Source: an uncultured Verrucomicrobia subdivision 3 bacterium (GTDB taxonomy: Bacteria; Verrucomicrobiota; Verrucomicrobiia; Limisphaerales; UBA11358). Taken from it: a stretch of 62,701 bases of DNA. Below are positions 17,514 to 27,258 of the stretch, one piece after another. Position 1 is the first letter of the stretch. Each line of letters opens with the position of its first letter. A program made the position numbers and the translations under genes. The notes beneath the pieces are model-generated. The model saw only the letters and a program-made list of their open reading frames with translations. It ran no database searches and was not told the DNA's origin. The stretch spans positions 1 to 62,701 of the forward strand of contig CAISVF010000039.1 in assembly GCA_903888765.1 (NCBI GenBank), given 5' to 3'.

Positions 17514-19943
17514 ATGAACCTTCTCGCGAAAACACTTTTTGGAGGGGCTTGGGCCGCCGGCCTAATGGCCGTTTCCTTGCCAGCTCAAACCAGCGTTGAT
17601 TTTGGCAGCCTGCCGATGCGTTTCGAAGCCAATGGAGGCCCGGTGGAAGCCGCCGAATCCTTTATCGCACGCGGACAGGACTCGGAGTTCCTGATCACTG
17701 CCACCGGCGCTCAGTTTGCTTTGCGGCAGGCTTCCGGCCAGATCGAAACGGCAACCATGCAATTCGTGGCCGCCAATTCGACGGCCAACGTTGTCGGTGC
17801 CGCACCATTAAGCGGCAAGATCAACCATCTGCTTAGGCGCCATGCTGCCGATTGGCGTACGAACATGCCGACCTTTTCCCAGGTGCGCATTGAAAACATT
17901 TATCCTGACGTCAATGTGGTTTATTACGGAAATGGCCGCCAATTGGAATATGATTTTGACCTCGCCGCCGGAGTTGATCCACGAACGATTGCACTGCGCT
18001 TCGATGGCGCACGGCAACTTTCCATCAACCAGCAAGGACAACTTGTCGTAGCCCTGAACGGCGGTTCAATCACCCAGCATCAACCGGTCGCTTATCAAAA
18101 TTCCGGCCCAGACCGCCGAATCATTTCCTGCAACTACCAATTATTGGACGACCATACGGCCACGTTTGCGTTGGGCGGGTACGATCATAGCCAGCCGCTG
18201 GTGATTGATCCGGTCTTAAGTTTTTCCTCCTATTTCGGTGGCAATAGCACTGAAATCGCCCACGCCATCGCGGTAGATACGAATGGCTGCATATATGTCG
18301 CGGGCGAAACTTTGTCCACGCTTTGGACCAATGGCGTGACCGGCAAATATCAGACCAATTTCCGTGGCGGCAGCATCACCGGGGATGCGTTCGTGGCAAA
18401 ATTTGACAGCACCGGCAAAACCAACCTGTATTTCACCTACCTCGGCGGCAGCTCGGATGATGTCATCTATGGGCTCGCAGTGGACAACTCCGGCAATGCG
18501 CATATTACCGGGGCCACTCGCTCCTCCGATTTCCCCACAAATAATGCTTTGTATGGCTATAAGACCGGCTCGCTGCCGGGCTATTACGGGCTGGCTTTTG
18601 TGGCCGAGCTAAACACCAACGGATCCCAACTGGTATATTCAACCTATTTGAGCGGGTACCTGGCTGATGCCGGCTATGCCATTGCGGTGGACGCGCAGCA
18701 AAACACGTATGTTGCTGGCTACACCGTCTCTACCGGTTTCCCTGTCACCAGCAATGCGCTGCAAAAAAACCTGGTCTGCACCAATTCGATTTATTTTAAT
18801 CGCAACGCCTTTATTGCGGAAATTTCGGCCTATGGCACCAATCTAATTTATTCCTCTTATCTGGGCGGACAGAATTACGACCAAGCCAGCGGCATAGCCG
18901 TGGACGTGGCGAATTACGTTTACGTGAGCGGATTTACCGCCTCAACGAATTTCCCCACCACCAATGCGCTGGCCGGTTTCAAGCATCTTAACGGTGCGAC
19001 CAATGCCTCGCCTTCCTATGACGCATTTGTTTGCAAATTTTATCCAGGCTTCACCAACCGGGTTTACGCCACCTTTCTTGGCGGCACCAACAATGATGCC
19101 GCCACCGGCATAACTGTGGACACCAACGGTAATGCCTACGTGGTCGGCTGGACCATTTCCACCAATTTTCCCGGAGCTCGCCAGAATGACGGGTTTACCA
19201 ATTGCACCGGCTTTGTAAACAACCAGATTACGAACAATGTGATTAACTGGCTGGGCATCACCACCAACACCTTCCTTACCGAAATCAATGCCAGCGGATC
19301 CAACATCCTGCACACCGCCGTTTTTGGCGGATTCACCATGGATATCGCCAATGGCGTGGCTCTCGACACCGCAGGCAATATTTACGTGGCCGGCAATGCC
19401 ACCTCGACCAATTTCCCGGTAACGCCGGCTGCTCTGGTGGGATCCCTTCGCTCCACCAATTCCGGCGGCAGCGATGTGTTCATTACGGCCTTTAAATCCG
19501 ACTGGTCCGCCCTGCTCTATTCCACCTATTTAGGCGGCTCCCTGAATGACGCTGGCAATGCCATTGCGGTGGATGCCACCGGTAATGCCTTTATCGCCGG
19601 CCAGACGTTTTCCCTGAATTATCCATGGTTCAATGCCGTGCAACCGGGCATCAATAACGGTTCCTTGAACAATGGTACGAGCGATGCTTTCCTGACCAAA
19701 ATAATGCCCGCCGCCCCCATACCCCATCTTCAGACCCGTTTATCCGGAACCAATGTCACGGTTTCATGGTCGCCACTCGGCGAAGAAGCACCAGCGTGGT
19801 TTGGGCTGCAAACCACCACCAATTTACTCGTTTCCAGTGCTTGGAGGCTGACGACCAATTCCGCCGCGCTGACCAACAATGCCTACACCTACACATTTAG
19901 CAAAACCAACCAGACCGGTTTTTTCCGTCTGATTAAATTTTAA
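17514..19943 (+). CDS. Secreted beta-propeller repeat (SBBP-type) protein with a C-terminal FFRL-type tail domain
   Basis: Signal peptide MNLLAKTLFGGAWAAGLMAVSLPAQ. There are at least 8 repeats of the pattern G...D.A.[GA]IAVD..GN.Y[VI][AT]G.T.S..FP.T. The protein ends ...VTVSWSP...LQTTTNLLVSSAWRL...GFFRLIKF. Confidence 0.75.
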   Translation: MNLLAKTLFGGAWAAGLMAVSLPAQTSVDFGSLPMRFEANGGPVEAAESFIARGQDSEFLITATGAQFALRQASGQIETATMQFVAANSTANVVGAAPLSGKINHLLRRHAADWRTNMPTFSQVRIENIYPDVNVVYYGNGRQLEYDFDLAAGVDPRTIALRFDGARQLSINQQGQLVVALNGGSITQHQPVAYQNSGPDRRIISCNYQLLDDHTATFALGGYDHSQPLVIDPVLSFSSYFGGNSTEIAHAIAVDTNGCIYVAGETLSTLWTNGVTGKYQTNFRGGSITGDAFVAKFDSTGKTNLYFTYLGGSSDDVIYGLAVDNSGNAHITGATRSSDFPTNNALYGYKTGSLPGYYGLAFVAELNTNGSQLVYSTYLSGYLADAGYAIAVDAQQNTYVAGYTVSTGFPVTSNALQKNLVCTNSIYFNRNAFIAEISAYGTNLIYSSYLGGQNYDQASGIAVDVANYVYVSGFTASTNFPTTNALAGFKHLNGATNASPSYDAFVCKFYPGFTNRVYATFLGGTNNDAATGITVDTNGNAYVVGWTISTNFPGARQNDGFTNCTGFVNNQITNNVINWLGITTNTFLTEINASGSNILHTAVFGGFTMDIANGVALDTAGNIYVAGNATSTNFPVTPAALVGSLRSTNSGGSDVFITAFKSDWSALLYSTYLGGSLNDAGNAIAVDATGNAFIAGQTFSLNYPWFNAVQPGINNGSLNNGTSDAFLTKIMPAAPIPHLQTRLSGTNVTVSWSPLGEEAPAWFGLQTTTNLLVSSAWRLTTNSAALTNNAYTYTFSKTNQTGFFRLIKF

Positions 19944-19994
19944 ACCGGCATTTTCTGCTCGCTAATTAAAAAAAAACTGCTTTCATTCCTGCCC

Positions 19995-20603
19995 ATGAAA
20001 AATTTACGTTCACTCATTGTGACCTTGACCTTGGTGGCAGCCGCTCTTTCGGCCGGGGCCCAGACCAAACTGGCCACCGTGGACATGAAGAAACTGTTCA
20101 ACAGCTATTACAAAACCACTCTGGCACAGAGTTTACTGGAAAAAAGCCGGGCTGACCTGCGCAAAGACCTGAAGGAAATGACCGATAATCTGGAAAAATC
20201 CCAAGCTGATTATAAACTAATTCTGGACCAATCCAACGACCCGGCGATTTCCGCAGAAGAACGGGAAAAGCGGAAACAAGCCGCGACGGACAAAGCCCGG
20301 GAAATTAACAGTTCCAAGACGGCGCTGGAACAATATCAGCGGCAGGCCGAAGCCAGTCTCAGTGATAAAAGCCAACGCATGAGCGCCAATCTGGTAACGG
20401 AAATTCAGAAATTCGTGGCCGAAGTGGCCAAAGCCGGCAGTTATTCACTGGTGTTGAATTCCGCGACCGCCGAGGTTGTGGTTTTTCATGATACCAGCAC
20501 CGATATTACGGAATCCGTTTTAAAGCAGGCAAATGCCGGAGCGCCCATTGACGTCACCAAACCGGCCGGGTTACCGCTGAATGTCAAGACCAACCTGCCC
20601 TGA
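19995..20603 (+). CDS. skp: Periplasmic chaperone Skp/OmpH family
   Basis: Signal peptide, then the KLATVDMKKLF motif and a long Lys/Glu/Gln coiled-coil region. It sits downstream of bamA. Confidence 0.8.
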   Translation: MKNLRSLIVTLTLVAAALSAGAQTKLATVDMKKLFNSYYKTTLAQSLLEKSRADLRKDLKEMTDNLEKSQADYKLILDQSNDPAISAEEREKRKQAATDKAREINSSKTALEQYQRQAEASLSDKSQRMSANLVTEIQKFVAEVAKAGSYSLVLNSATAEVVVFHDTSTDITESVLKQANAGAPIDVTKPAGLPLNVKTNLP

Positions 20604-20645
20604 CAAAACCAAAGCGAGTTAACCTAAATTCACGCTTGCCCCCGA

Positions 20646-20678
20646 GAGCGCGAAGAGGTAAATTTCGCGCTCTTTTTT
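20646..20678 (+). terminator. Intrinsic terminator after skp
   Basis: gagcgcgaa / ttcgcgctc stem followed by tttttt. Confidence 0.55.
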
Positions 20679-20694
20679 ACAATATATTTGATTT

Positions 20695-20904
20695 ATGCGA
20701 CGCCCCAAAGGTATCAAGACTAGAAAATCCGTGGCCAAGCGGTTTAAAATCACCGCCACCGGTAAAGCAATCCGCTTTCCCGCCGGCCGCCGTCACCTCG
20801 CCCAATCCAAAAACGCCAAACGCCGCCGCCGGCTGGGCAAGGCTGCCGTGGTGGACAAGACAGACCTTTACCGCATCACGCAAAATCTGCCCTTCAGTCA
20901 TTGA
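20695..20904 (+). CDS. rpmI: 50S ribosomal protein L35
   Basis: MRRPKGIKTRKSVAKRFKITATGK... Confidence 0.95.
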   Translation: MRRPKGIKTRKSVAKRFKITATGKAIRFPAGRRHLAQSKNAKRRRRLGKAAVVDKTDLYRITQNLPFSH

Positions 20905-20939
20905 CTGATTTCCGTAAACCATTAACACTTTAAAGAACC

Positions 20940-21323
20940 ATGCGTGTCACAAACTCCCCCGCTTCCCGCAAACGTCGCGGAAGAATGCTTACCGCCGCGA
21001 AAGGCTATCGCCTTAAGCGCTCCAAGCTTTATCGCTATGCCTCCGATGCCGTTGATCACGGCCGGGTTTATGCCTACCGAGACCGGCGTACCAAGAAACG
21101 TAATTACCGCTATCTGTGGCAAATTCGCATCAATGCCGCCGTCCGGGAAGTCGGTTTGACATACAGCCGCTTCATGGAAGGATTAAAGGCCGCTAACGTA
21201 GCTCTTGACCGCAAGATTCTTTCCGACATTGCCGCGACGGACGCCGCCGCTTTTAGCGAACTGGTGAACGTAGCCAAGGCTGCTCTGAAAGCCAAGCCAG
21301 GCGCTGCGCTGGCTAAAGCGTAA
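20940..21323 (+). CDS. rplT: 50S ribosomal protein L20
   Basis: MRVTNSPASRKRRGRMLTAAKGYR..., YAYRDRRTKKRNYRYLWQIRINAA. Confidence 0.95.
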   Translation: MRVTNSPASRKRRGRMLTAAKGYRLKRSKLYRYASDAVDHGRVYAYRDRRTKKRNYRYLWQIRINAAVREVGLTYSRFMEGLKAANVALDRKILSDIAATDAAAFSELVNVAKAALKAKPGAALAKA

Positions 21324-21347
21324 TAACCACTGCGTTTGATCTTGAAT

Positions 21348-21388
21348 CAACGGGCGGCCAGCAATGGTTCGCCCGTTGCTTATTTTTT
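21348..21388 (+). terminator. Intrinsic terminator after rplT
   Basis: caacgggcg / cgcccgttg stem followed by cttatttttt. Confidence 0.6.
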
Positions 21389-21432
21389 CCTGTTCCTCCC
21401 CACGCCTAACTTCTAACTTCTGCATTCAAAAT

Positions 21433-22440
21433 ATGGCAGGATTCCTTGACAATATCGAACCACTGAAACAAACCGCCCTCGCCGAGTTTAACGTCGCCGC
21501 CGATCTGGCGGCCCTCGAACAAACCAAGGGCGCGTGGATCGGGCCAAACGGCCGGTTTACCGCGCTAATGAAACAACTCGGCACGCTCTCCAAGGAAGAA
21601 AAGCCGGCTGCCGGCAAGCTCATCAACGCCGCCAAGACCGAACTCGAAGCGGCCTTGTTAGCACGGCGTGAAGAATTGGAACTCAAGGCTGCCCTGCCAA
21701 AAGAGCCGACGGATTTCACCCTGCCCGGACGCCGACGAGCACTCGGCAAACTGCACCCGCTCACACAGGTCGCCGATGACATTGTGCGCGCCTTCCGCAA
21801 AATTGGTTTCGCGGTTGCCGATGGGCCTGAAATCGAAGACGAGTACCATTGTTTTGACGCGCTGAACACTCCCGCCGACCATCCAGCGCGTGATTCGCAA
21901 GATACGTTTTATCTCCACACCACTGACAAGCGCCTGCTCCGCACGCACACTTCATCCGTCCAGATTCGCGTGATGGCAAAACAGCCCCCGCCAGTGCGCA
22001 TCATCGTGCCGGGGCGCGTGTATCGCCGCGATAATGCCGATGCCACCCACAATCCCACCTTTCACCAGATTGAGGGACTCTACGTGGACAAGAACGTCAC
22101 CGTCGGCGATCTCAAGGGCACGGTGGAATTTGTCTTTCGCGAACTCATGGGTAGCGACGTGAAAATTCGTTTTCGCCCTCATTATTTCAGCTACACCGAG
22201 CCGAGTTACGAGATTGATTTTACCAACGCACTGGTAAAGAAAATGGGCAAGGACTGGCTAGAAATCGCGGGCTGCGGCATGGTGCATCCGCAAGTATTCG
22301 AGACCGTGGGTTATGATGCGGAAGTCTGGACCGGCTGGGCCTTTGGCTTCGGAATTGAACGCATCGCCATGCTCCGCTACGGGATCAACGATATCCGCCT
22401 GTTTTATGAAAACGATATGCGGTTCTTGAAGCAATTTTGA
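21433..22440 (+). CDS. pheS: Phenylalanine--tRNA ligase alpha subunit
   Basis: ATG at 21433 (MAGFLDNIEPLK...). Class II motifs are present: HPARD.QDTFY, RTHTS.VQ, FRPHYFSYTEPS, GCGMVHP, and GWAFGFGIERIAMLRYGI.DIRLF. Confidence 0.95.
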   Translation: MAGFLDNIEPLKQTALAEFNVAADLAALEQTKGAWIGPNGRFTALMKQLGTLSKEEKPAAGKLINAAKTELEAALLARREELELKAALPKEPTDFTLPGRRRALGKLHPLTQVADDIVRAFRKIGFAVADGPEIEDEYHCFDALNTPADHPARDSQDTFYLHTTDKRLLRTHTSSVQIRVMAKQPPPVRIIVPGRVYRRDNADATHNPTFHQIEGLYVDKNVTVGDLKGTVEFVFRELMGSDVKIRFRPHYFSYTEPSYEIDFTNALVKKMGKDWLEIAGCGMVHPQVFETVGYDAEVWTGWAFGFGIERIAMLRYGINDIRLFYENDMRFLKQF

Positions 22441-22826
22441 TTGAGGTTTGCGTTTGGAATCGCGCTGTGGCCGGAAAACACTTTCTCCCCGGTCAGCCAT
22501 TTTTGTTTGGTGGCTGGCTGGCAAAGAACTGTTACCCGAAAACACCGACTCCGGAGTCGATCACCCGCTGGCGAACCACTGATTCCAGGCCAGCGCATCC
22601 TCGAAGGCCAAATCCAAGTCGTGCCCTAGTTTTTTCAGGGTCATTTGCCTCACCGTCACGGCCAGAAAGAAGAGCAAGCCGTAAACCCCAGAGCAACCGG
22701 CCAAGCAGGCGCAAGGCGGTCGCGCATGCCGCCTCCCCCGGTCGAATCGGCTCCAAATCCAGGCACCAGCAAATCGGCTATTGAATTTTGACGCCTATCC
22801 CCGGAGACTGTTTGCGGCATTTATTT

Positions 22827-23726
22827 ATGTTATATCGCAAGCTTGGCCAAACCAAATTCAGGCCTTCCGTCATTGGTATTGGCACCTGGCAATTCGGCGG
22901 CGAATGGGGTGTTCAATTTTCCCAGGCGGAAGTGGACGCCATACTGGATGCCGCCGATGGAGCCGGCATCAACTTCATCGACACCGCTGAATGTTACGGT
23001 CCCGACCACCTCTCTGAGCGCCTCATCGGCGACTACCTTTCCCGGCGCGACCGTTCGCGCTGGATTATTGCCACCAAGTTCGGCCACCACTTCAAAGGCT
23101 TTTTGAACCGGACGGACGATTTTTCGATTAGCGGAGTTCAAGCCCAACTGGACGCCTCCCTGAAAGCCTTGCGCGTGGACAGCATTGATCTGTATCAATT
23201 TCATTCCGGCTCTGACGCATTGTTCCAAGACGAACCGCTCTGGAACTTTCTCGCCCGCCAGAAAACCGCCGGTAAAATCCAGGCACTGGGACTTTCTATT
23301 CTCCAAAAAGGCAGTGCGCTGCAGGCCGGCGAGGCCGCACGATACGGGGTGGAGGCCTTGCAGGTCTTCTACAACCGTCTGGACCGCCGGCCAGAACAAT
23401 TATATTTTCCGGCAGCCCGCCAGAGCGGCTTGGGCATCATCGGGCGGGTGCCGCTGGCCAGCGGTTTGCTTACCGGCAAATATCAAGCCGGGGTGACCTT
23501 TGCCCCCGATGATGTGCGCTCCAAAATGGATGCGGATAAATTACAGTGCGATCTCGCCGAAATCATCCGTCTGCAACAAGAAGAATTGCCGCCCGGTGTT
23601 TCGCTGCCAAATTGGGCCATCGCCTGGTGCCTGGAAGATCCGCTGGTGGCCTCGGTGGTTTGCGGCTGCAAAAACCCGGCGCAAGTCAAAGCCAACGCCC
23701 ACAGCGCCACGTTGCTGAAAGCGTAA
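22827..23726 (+). CDS. Aldo/keto reductase
   Basis: MLYRKLGQT...IGIGTWQFGG.WG, INFIDTAECYG, and the IDLYQFH pattern of AKR family enzymes. Confidence 0.85.
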   Translation: MLYRKLGQTKFRPSVIGIGTWQFGGEWGVQFSQAEVDAILDAADGAGINFIDTAECYGPDHLSERLIGDYLSRRDRSRWIIATKFGHHFKGFLNRTDDFSISGVQAQLDASLKALRVDSIDLYQFHSGSDALFQDEPLWNFLARQKTAGKIQALGLSILQKGSALQAGEAARYGVEALQVFYNRLDRRPEQLYFPAARQSGLGIIGRVPLASGLLTGKYQAGVTFAPDDVRSKMDADKLQCDLAEIIRLQQEELPPGVSLPNWAIAWCLEDPLVASVVCGCKNPAQVKANAHSATLLKA

Positions 23727-23873
23727 AAACTGAGTGCAAAACCATCGGATCACTGGCAGGGAAAGTGGAAGCGGATTTTTTGGCGCGATTCGCAGTTGAT
23801 TTTTTACCGCCGGTGAAGCACTGTGCAGCCAGCACTTTACGCTAAACTATAAACAAAAATAGATTACAACACT

Positions 23874-24482
23874 ATGCCATACGAACTACCAGCCCTGCCC
23901 TACGCCAAGGAAGCCCTTGAACCTCACTTTGACGCTTTGACCATGGAAATCCACCATGGCCGTCATCACAAGGCCTATGTGGACAACCTGAACAAGGCTA
24001 TCGCCGGCAATGCAGCCCTTGAAGCAAAATCTCTTGATCAGCTCATTGGCGATCTTTCGGTGGTGCCCGATGCGGTGCGGGGTGCCATTCGCAACAATGG
24101 TGGCGGCCACTGGAATCACTCGTTTTTCTGGAATATTCTCGGACCGAACGCCGGCGGGGCGCCCACCGGAAAACTGGCCGACGACATCAAAGCCGCCTTC
24201 GGCAGCTTCGACGAATTCAAAGCCAAATTTGAAGCCGCTGGTATTGGCCGATTCGGCAGCGGATGGGCCTGGCTGGTCGCCAATGGCGGCAAGCTGGAAA
24301 TCGTTTCCACCCCGAATCAAGACAACCCCCTCATGGGCAAAGCCGTCGCCGGATGCGAAGGCAAAGTAATTCTCGGAGTGGACGTCTGGGAACATGCTTA
24401 TTACCTGAAGTACCAGAACAAGCGCGCCGACTACCTCAAAGCCTTCTGGAACGTGGTGAACTGGAATGCCGTGAAATACTGA
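23874..24482 (+). CDS. sodA: Superoxide dismutase, Mn-type by signature residues
   Basis: [39 protein letters not shown] (Mn-type Gln position) and [18 protein letters not shown]. Confidence 0.9.
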   Translation: MPYELPALPYAKEALEPHFDALTMEIHHGRHHKAYVDNLNKAIAGNAALEAKSLDQLIGDLSVVPDAVRGAIRNNGGGHWNHSFFWNILGPNAGGAPTGKLADDIKAAFGSFDEFKAKFEAAGIGRFGSGWAWLVANGGKLEIVSTPNQDNPLMGKAVAGCEGKVILGVDVWEHAYYLKYQNKRADYLKAFWNVVNWNAVKY

Positions 24483-24505
24483 TTCGGTTTTACCTCAAAA
24501 ATGCG

Positions 24506-24537
24506 ACGCGCCGGTGCTCACCGGCGCGTTTCCATTT
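24506..24537 (+). terminator. Intrinsic terminator after sodA
   Basis: GC-rich palindrome cgcgccggtg..caccggcgcg followed by tttccattt. Confidence 0.5.
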
Positions 24538-24776
24538 GGAATTTTCACACTCAGCCGCACGGGTTGCCTGGGAGGAATCTCTGCGGCATAGCCGGACACA
24601 GCAGTGTTTTAGGCTGTCATGATATTGCCGGTTTCTGATTTCTCGCCGCGTGCCACACGCAAATGCTAACCCATCGGGAATACCGCCAAGCGTTTTTGCA
24701 GCCCGAAACATTTGCAACATTTGCTTTACGTTCACTTTTTTCCATATATTATAAGCACTCAATTTTTATACATCAA

Positions 24777-25361
24777 ATGGCAAAAACTGAAGTCATCCTC
24801 ACGCACAACATTGTAGGCCTTGGCAGCGAATCCGATCAGGTCAAAGTGGCCGCCGGTTACGCGCGCAACTTTCTTTTCCCCAACCGCCTGGCGGTGCCCG
24901 TCACCTCAGCGAACAAGCGCCAGCTCGAAGCGCTCAAGCAGCGCCGTGCTGAACGCGAAGCCCATGAGTTCAATACCATGACCGAGTTGTCCCGGGCATT
25001 GTCCAAGCTCATTTGCGTTATCAAGGTCAAGACCGGCGAAGAAGGCAAGCTGTTCGGTGCCGTCACTGCCGGGATGATCGCCGATGAACTGAAGCATCAG
25101 TTCGATATTGCGCTTGACAAGAAAAAGATCCATCTTGAGCACTCCATCCGGGCCACCGGTGAGTTTGAAGTGGAATTGAATCTGCATGCTGAAGTCAAGG
25201 GTACCTTGAAAGTCCGCGTGGAAAGCACCACTCCAGCCGCTGCCGTGGTGGAGGTGCCCGCCGAAGTGAAACCGCACTCTGAGAAGCGCGGAAAACACAC
25301 CGAGGCCGCTGATTCTAAACCCAAAGTTGAGAAAAAAGCACGGGTGGAAAAGAAAGCCTGA
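24777..25361 (+). CDS. rplI: 50S ribosomal protein L9 with a ~45-aa Lys/Glu/Ala-rich C-terminal extension
   Basis: MAKTEVILTHNIVGLGSESDQVKVAAGYARNFLFP... The tail ...EVKPHSEKRGKHTEAADSKPKVEKKARVEKKA extends beyond the usual L9 length. Confidence 0.9.
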   Translation: MAKTEVILTHNIVGLGSESDQVKVAAGYARNFLFPNRLAVPVTSANKRQLEALKQRRAEREAHEFNTMTELSRALSKLICVIKVKTGEEGKLFGAVTAGMIADELKHQFDIALDKKKIHLEHSIRATGEFEVELNLHAEVKGTLKVRVESTTPAAAVVEVPAEVKPHSEKRGKHTEAADSKPKVEKKARVEKKA

Positions 25362-25388
25362 ATTGGCTAGCTGAACACCGCAATTTCC

Positions 25389-25420
25389 GGCCACGAAGAT
25401 TTTGTCTTCGTGGCCTTTTC
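25389..25420 (+). terminator. Intrinsic terminator after rplI
   Basis: ggccacgaaga-ttttg-tcttcgtggcc followed by ttttc. Confidence 0.65.
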
Positions 25421-25549
25421 GCTAATCAGACACCGCTACACGCGGAGTGGAAATCCACTTAATTAAATCCTTTGACCCGCATCTGCAACTCTGTTTTCAT
25501 GCTGACTTGATTTAGCGCATTCACAGAAACACGCAAACTTGGGCCGCTG

Positions 25550-27079
25550 ATGAATTTTTTTCAATCCATACTGGATCATCCCAACCTGCTGGTGAGCACC
25601 TGCTTGGTGATGGTCATCACCGCCTATTTTTTGAAAAACCCCCTCGGGCACAGCCGGTGGTTTATGATCCGGCGTTTTATTAATTGGTTTCCCCTGGGGA
25701 TGACCTATTCCTTCCTGTACATGGGCCGCTACAATCTGACCGTGTCCAAGAAAGCGCTCGGCAGTCTAATGACCAAGGAAGATTTCGGGACTATTTTTGC
25801 TGTCGGCACCACCGTTTATGCCTTTTCCTTCCTCATTAACGGGCCGCTGGTGGATAAGATTGGGGGCAAGAAGGGAATGCTGATTGCAGGTGTCGGCTCC
25901 GCCCTGGCCAATATTTTACTCGGGGTTCTCACTTATTTTACAGTAATGGGACAACTCAAAGTCAATTTGGTGATGGCCTATTCCACGCTCTATGCGCTAA
26001 ATATGTATTTCCAAAGTTACGGCGCAGTTTCGATCATCAAGGTGAAGGCTTATTGGTTTCATGTGCGCGAGCGCGGCGTTTTCGGTGCCATCTTTGGATC
26101 GCTGATCTCCATAGGTATTTATTTCGCCTTTGATTGGGGCCAGCAAATCGTCGAATTTACCAAAGCTGGCTCCGGAGGCGGCTGGTTAGCGCACCTGCTG
26201 CAAACCCTTTTTGCCTCCAATGTTCTGGTTGAAGGCAAGTTGGTGGACGCCACTTGGGCGGTCTTCTTTATCCCGTCAGCCATCATTCTCTTCTGGGTCT
26301 TACTCGATTGGTGGCTCATCAAGGACTCTCCCGAAGAGGCCAATTTTCCGGCATTTGACACCCATGATGCCTCCTCCGGCCAGATGCATATCGAACTTTC
26401 CACCCTGGATCTGTTGAAAAAAGTCTTTGCCAGCAAATTGATGCTGCTCATTGCGCTAATCGGTCTGACTTCCGGGGTATTCCGCAACGGTATTCAAAAC
26501 TGGTATTTCATATTCGCTGATGAAGTAAAGCAGCCGGGAGCTGAGTTTTATAAAATGCACTGGGGGTTGCTGCTTTGCCTGCTGGGCATTGTCGGCGGAT
26601 TTTTTGGCGGCTGGGTTTCCGACCATTTCTTTCAATCCCGGCGAGCGCCTCCGGCGGCCATGCTCTCGGCACTGGTCGTGGCCCTGACCGTATTGATGGT
26701 GCTTTACCTGTCATCCGCACCCATCTTGCTCGGCTTGTGCTGCGTGTTGGTGGTCATGGCTTCAGTGGGCCTGACCTCGCTAATGTCCGGCACCGCCGCG
26801 ACAGATTTTGGTGGACGCAAGGCCACTGCAACCTGTTCCGGGATCGTGGATGGCTGCACCTACCTCGGCAGCGCGATCCAATCTTATTTCATCGGCAATC
26901 TTACCCCGGCGGAAACCAAGGGTCAGTCCGCCACTTTTCTAGGGGTCACTCGCGACTGGCATTGGTGGCCGGCCTTTATGATCCCCTTTGCCATCCTTGG
27001 ACTGCTGGTGGCCATGAAGCTCTGGCATCAATTGCCCGAAGCCACCCGCCGATACAATGCTTCCATTAAGCCAAAATGA
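25550..27079 (+). CDS. MFS transporter (organophosphate:Pi antiporter-like N-terminus)
   Basis: 509 aa with ~12 predicted hydrophobic helices. The LYMGRYNL motif after TM1 resembles the GlpT/UhpC-family signature. Confidence 0.7.
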   Translation: MNFFQSILDHPNLLVSTCLVMVITAYFLKNPLGHSRWFMIRRFINWFPLGMTYSFLYMGRYNLTVSKKALGSLMTKEDFGTIFAVGTTVYAFSFLINGPLVDKIGGKKGMLIAGVGSALANILLGVLTYFTVMGQLKVNLVMAYSTLYALNMYFQSYGAVSIIKVKAYWFHVRERGVFGAIFGSLISIGIYFAFDWGQQIVEFTKAGSGGGWLAHLLQTLFASNVLVEGKLVDATWAVFFIPSAIILFWVLLDWWLIKDSPEEANFPAFDTHDASSGQMHIELSTLDLLKKVFASKLMLLIALIGLTSGVFRNGIQNWYFIFADEVKQPGAEFYKMHWGLLLCLLGIVGGFFGGWVSDHFFQSRRAPPAAMLSALVVALTVLMVLYLSSAPILLGLCCVLVVMASVGLTSLMSGTAATDFGGRKATATCSGIVDGCTYLGSAIQSYFIGNLTPAETKGQSATFLGVTRDWHWWPAFMIPFAILGLLVAMKLWHQLPEATRRYNASIKPK

Positions 27080-27258
27080 TTCCAGTACGGATTTCGTTCG
27101 TGTGATATTCTGCAGGTTTTAGCCGTTTTCACCCAGCAGAAGTGGACTCCTCACCATTTAGTTCTTGTGCGCCAGCAAGAAGTCTCGAAGCATGCCAATT
27201 TTGTGGAAGTTCCTTTTCACTTTCGTGCTCTTGCCCGAGGCAGGCTTACCCGAAACGG

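Noticed and set aside
22441-22826. ORFs in the pheS-AKR intergenic region (22437..22784 +, 22441..22629 +, 22532..22756 -), and a short minus-strand frame ending ...MTLKKLGHDLDLAFEDALAWNQWFASG*.
   Set aside because: The frames overlap one another, have no recognisable motifs and have no convincing starts. This may be a decayed gene remnant, but it cannot be supported from sequence alone. pheT is simply absent here.
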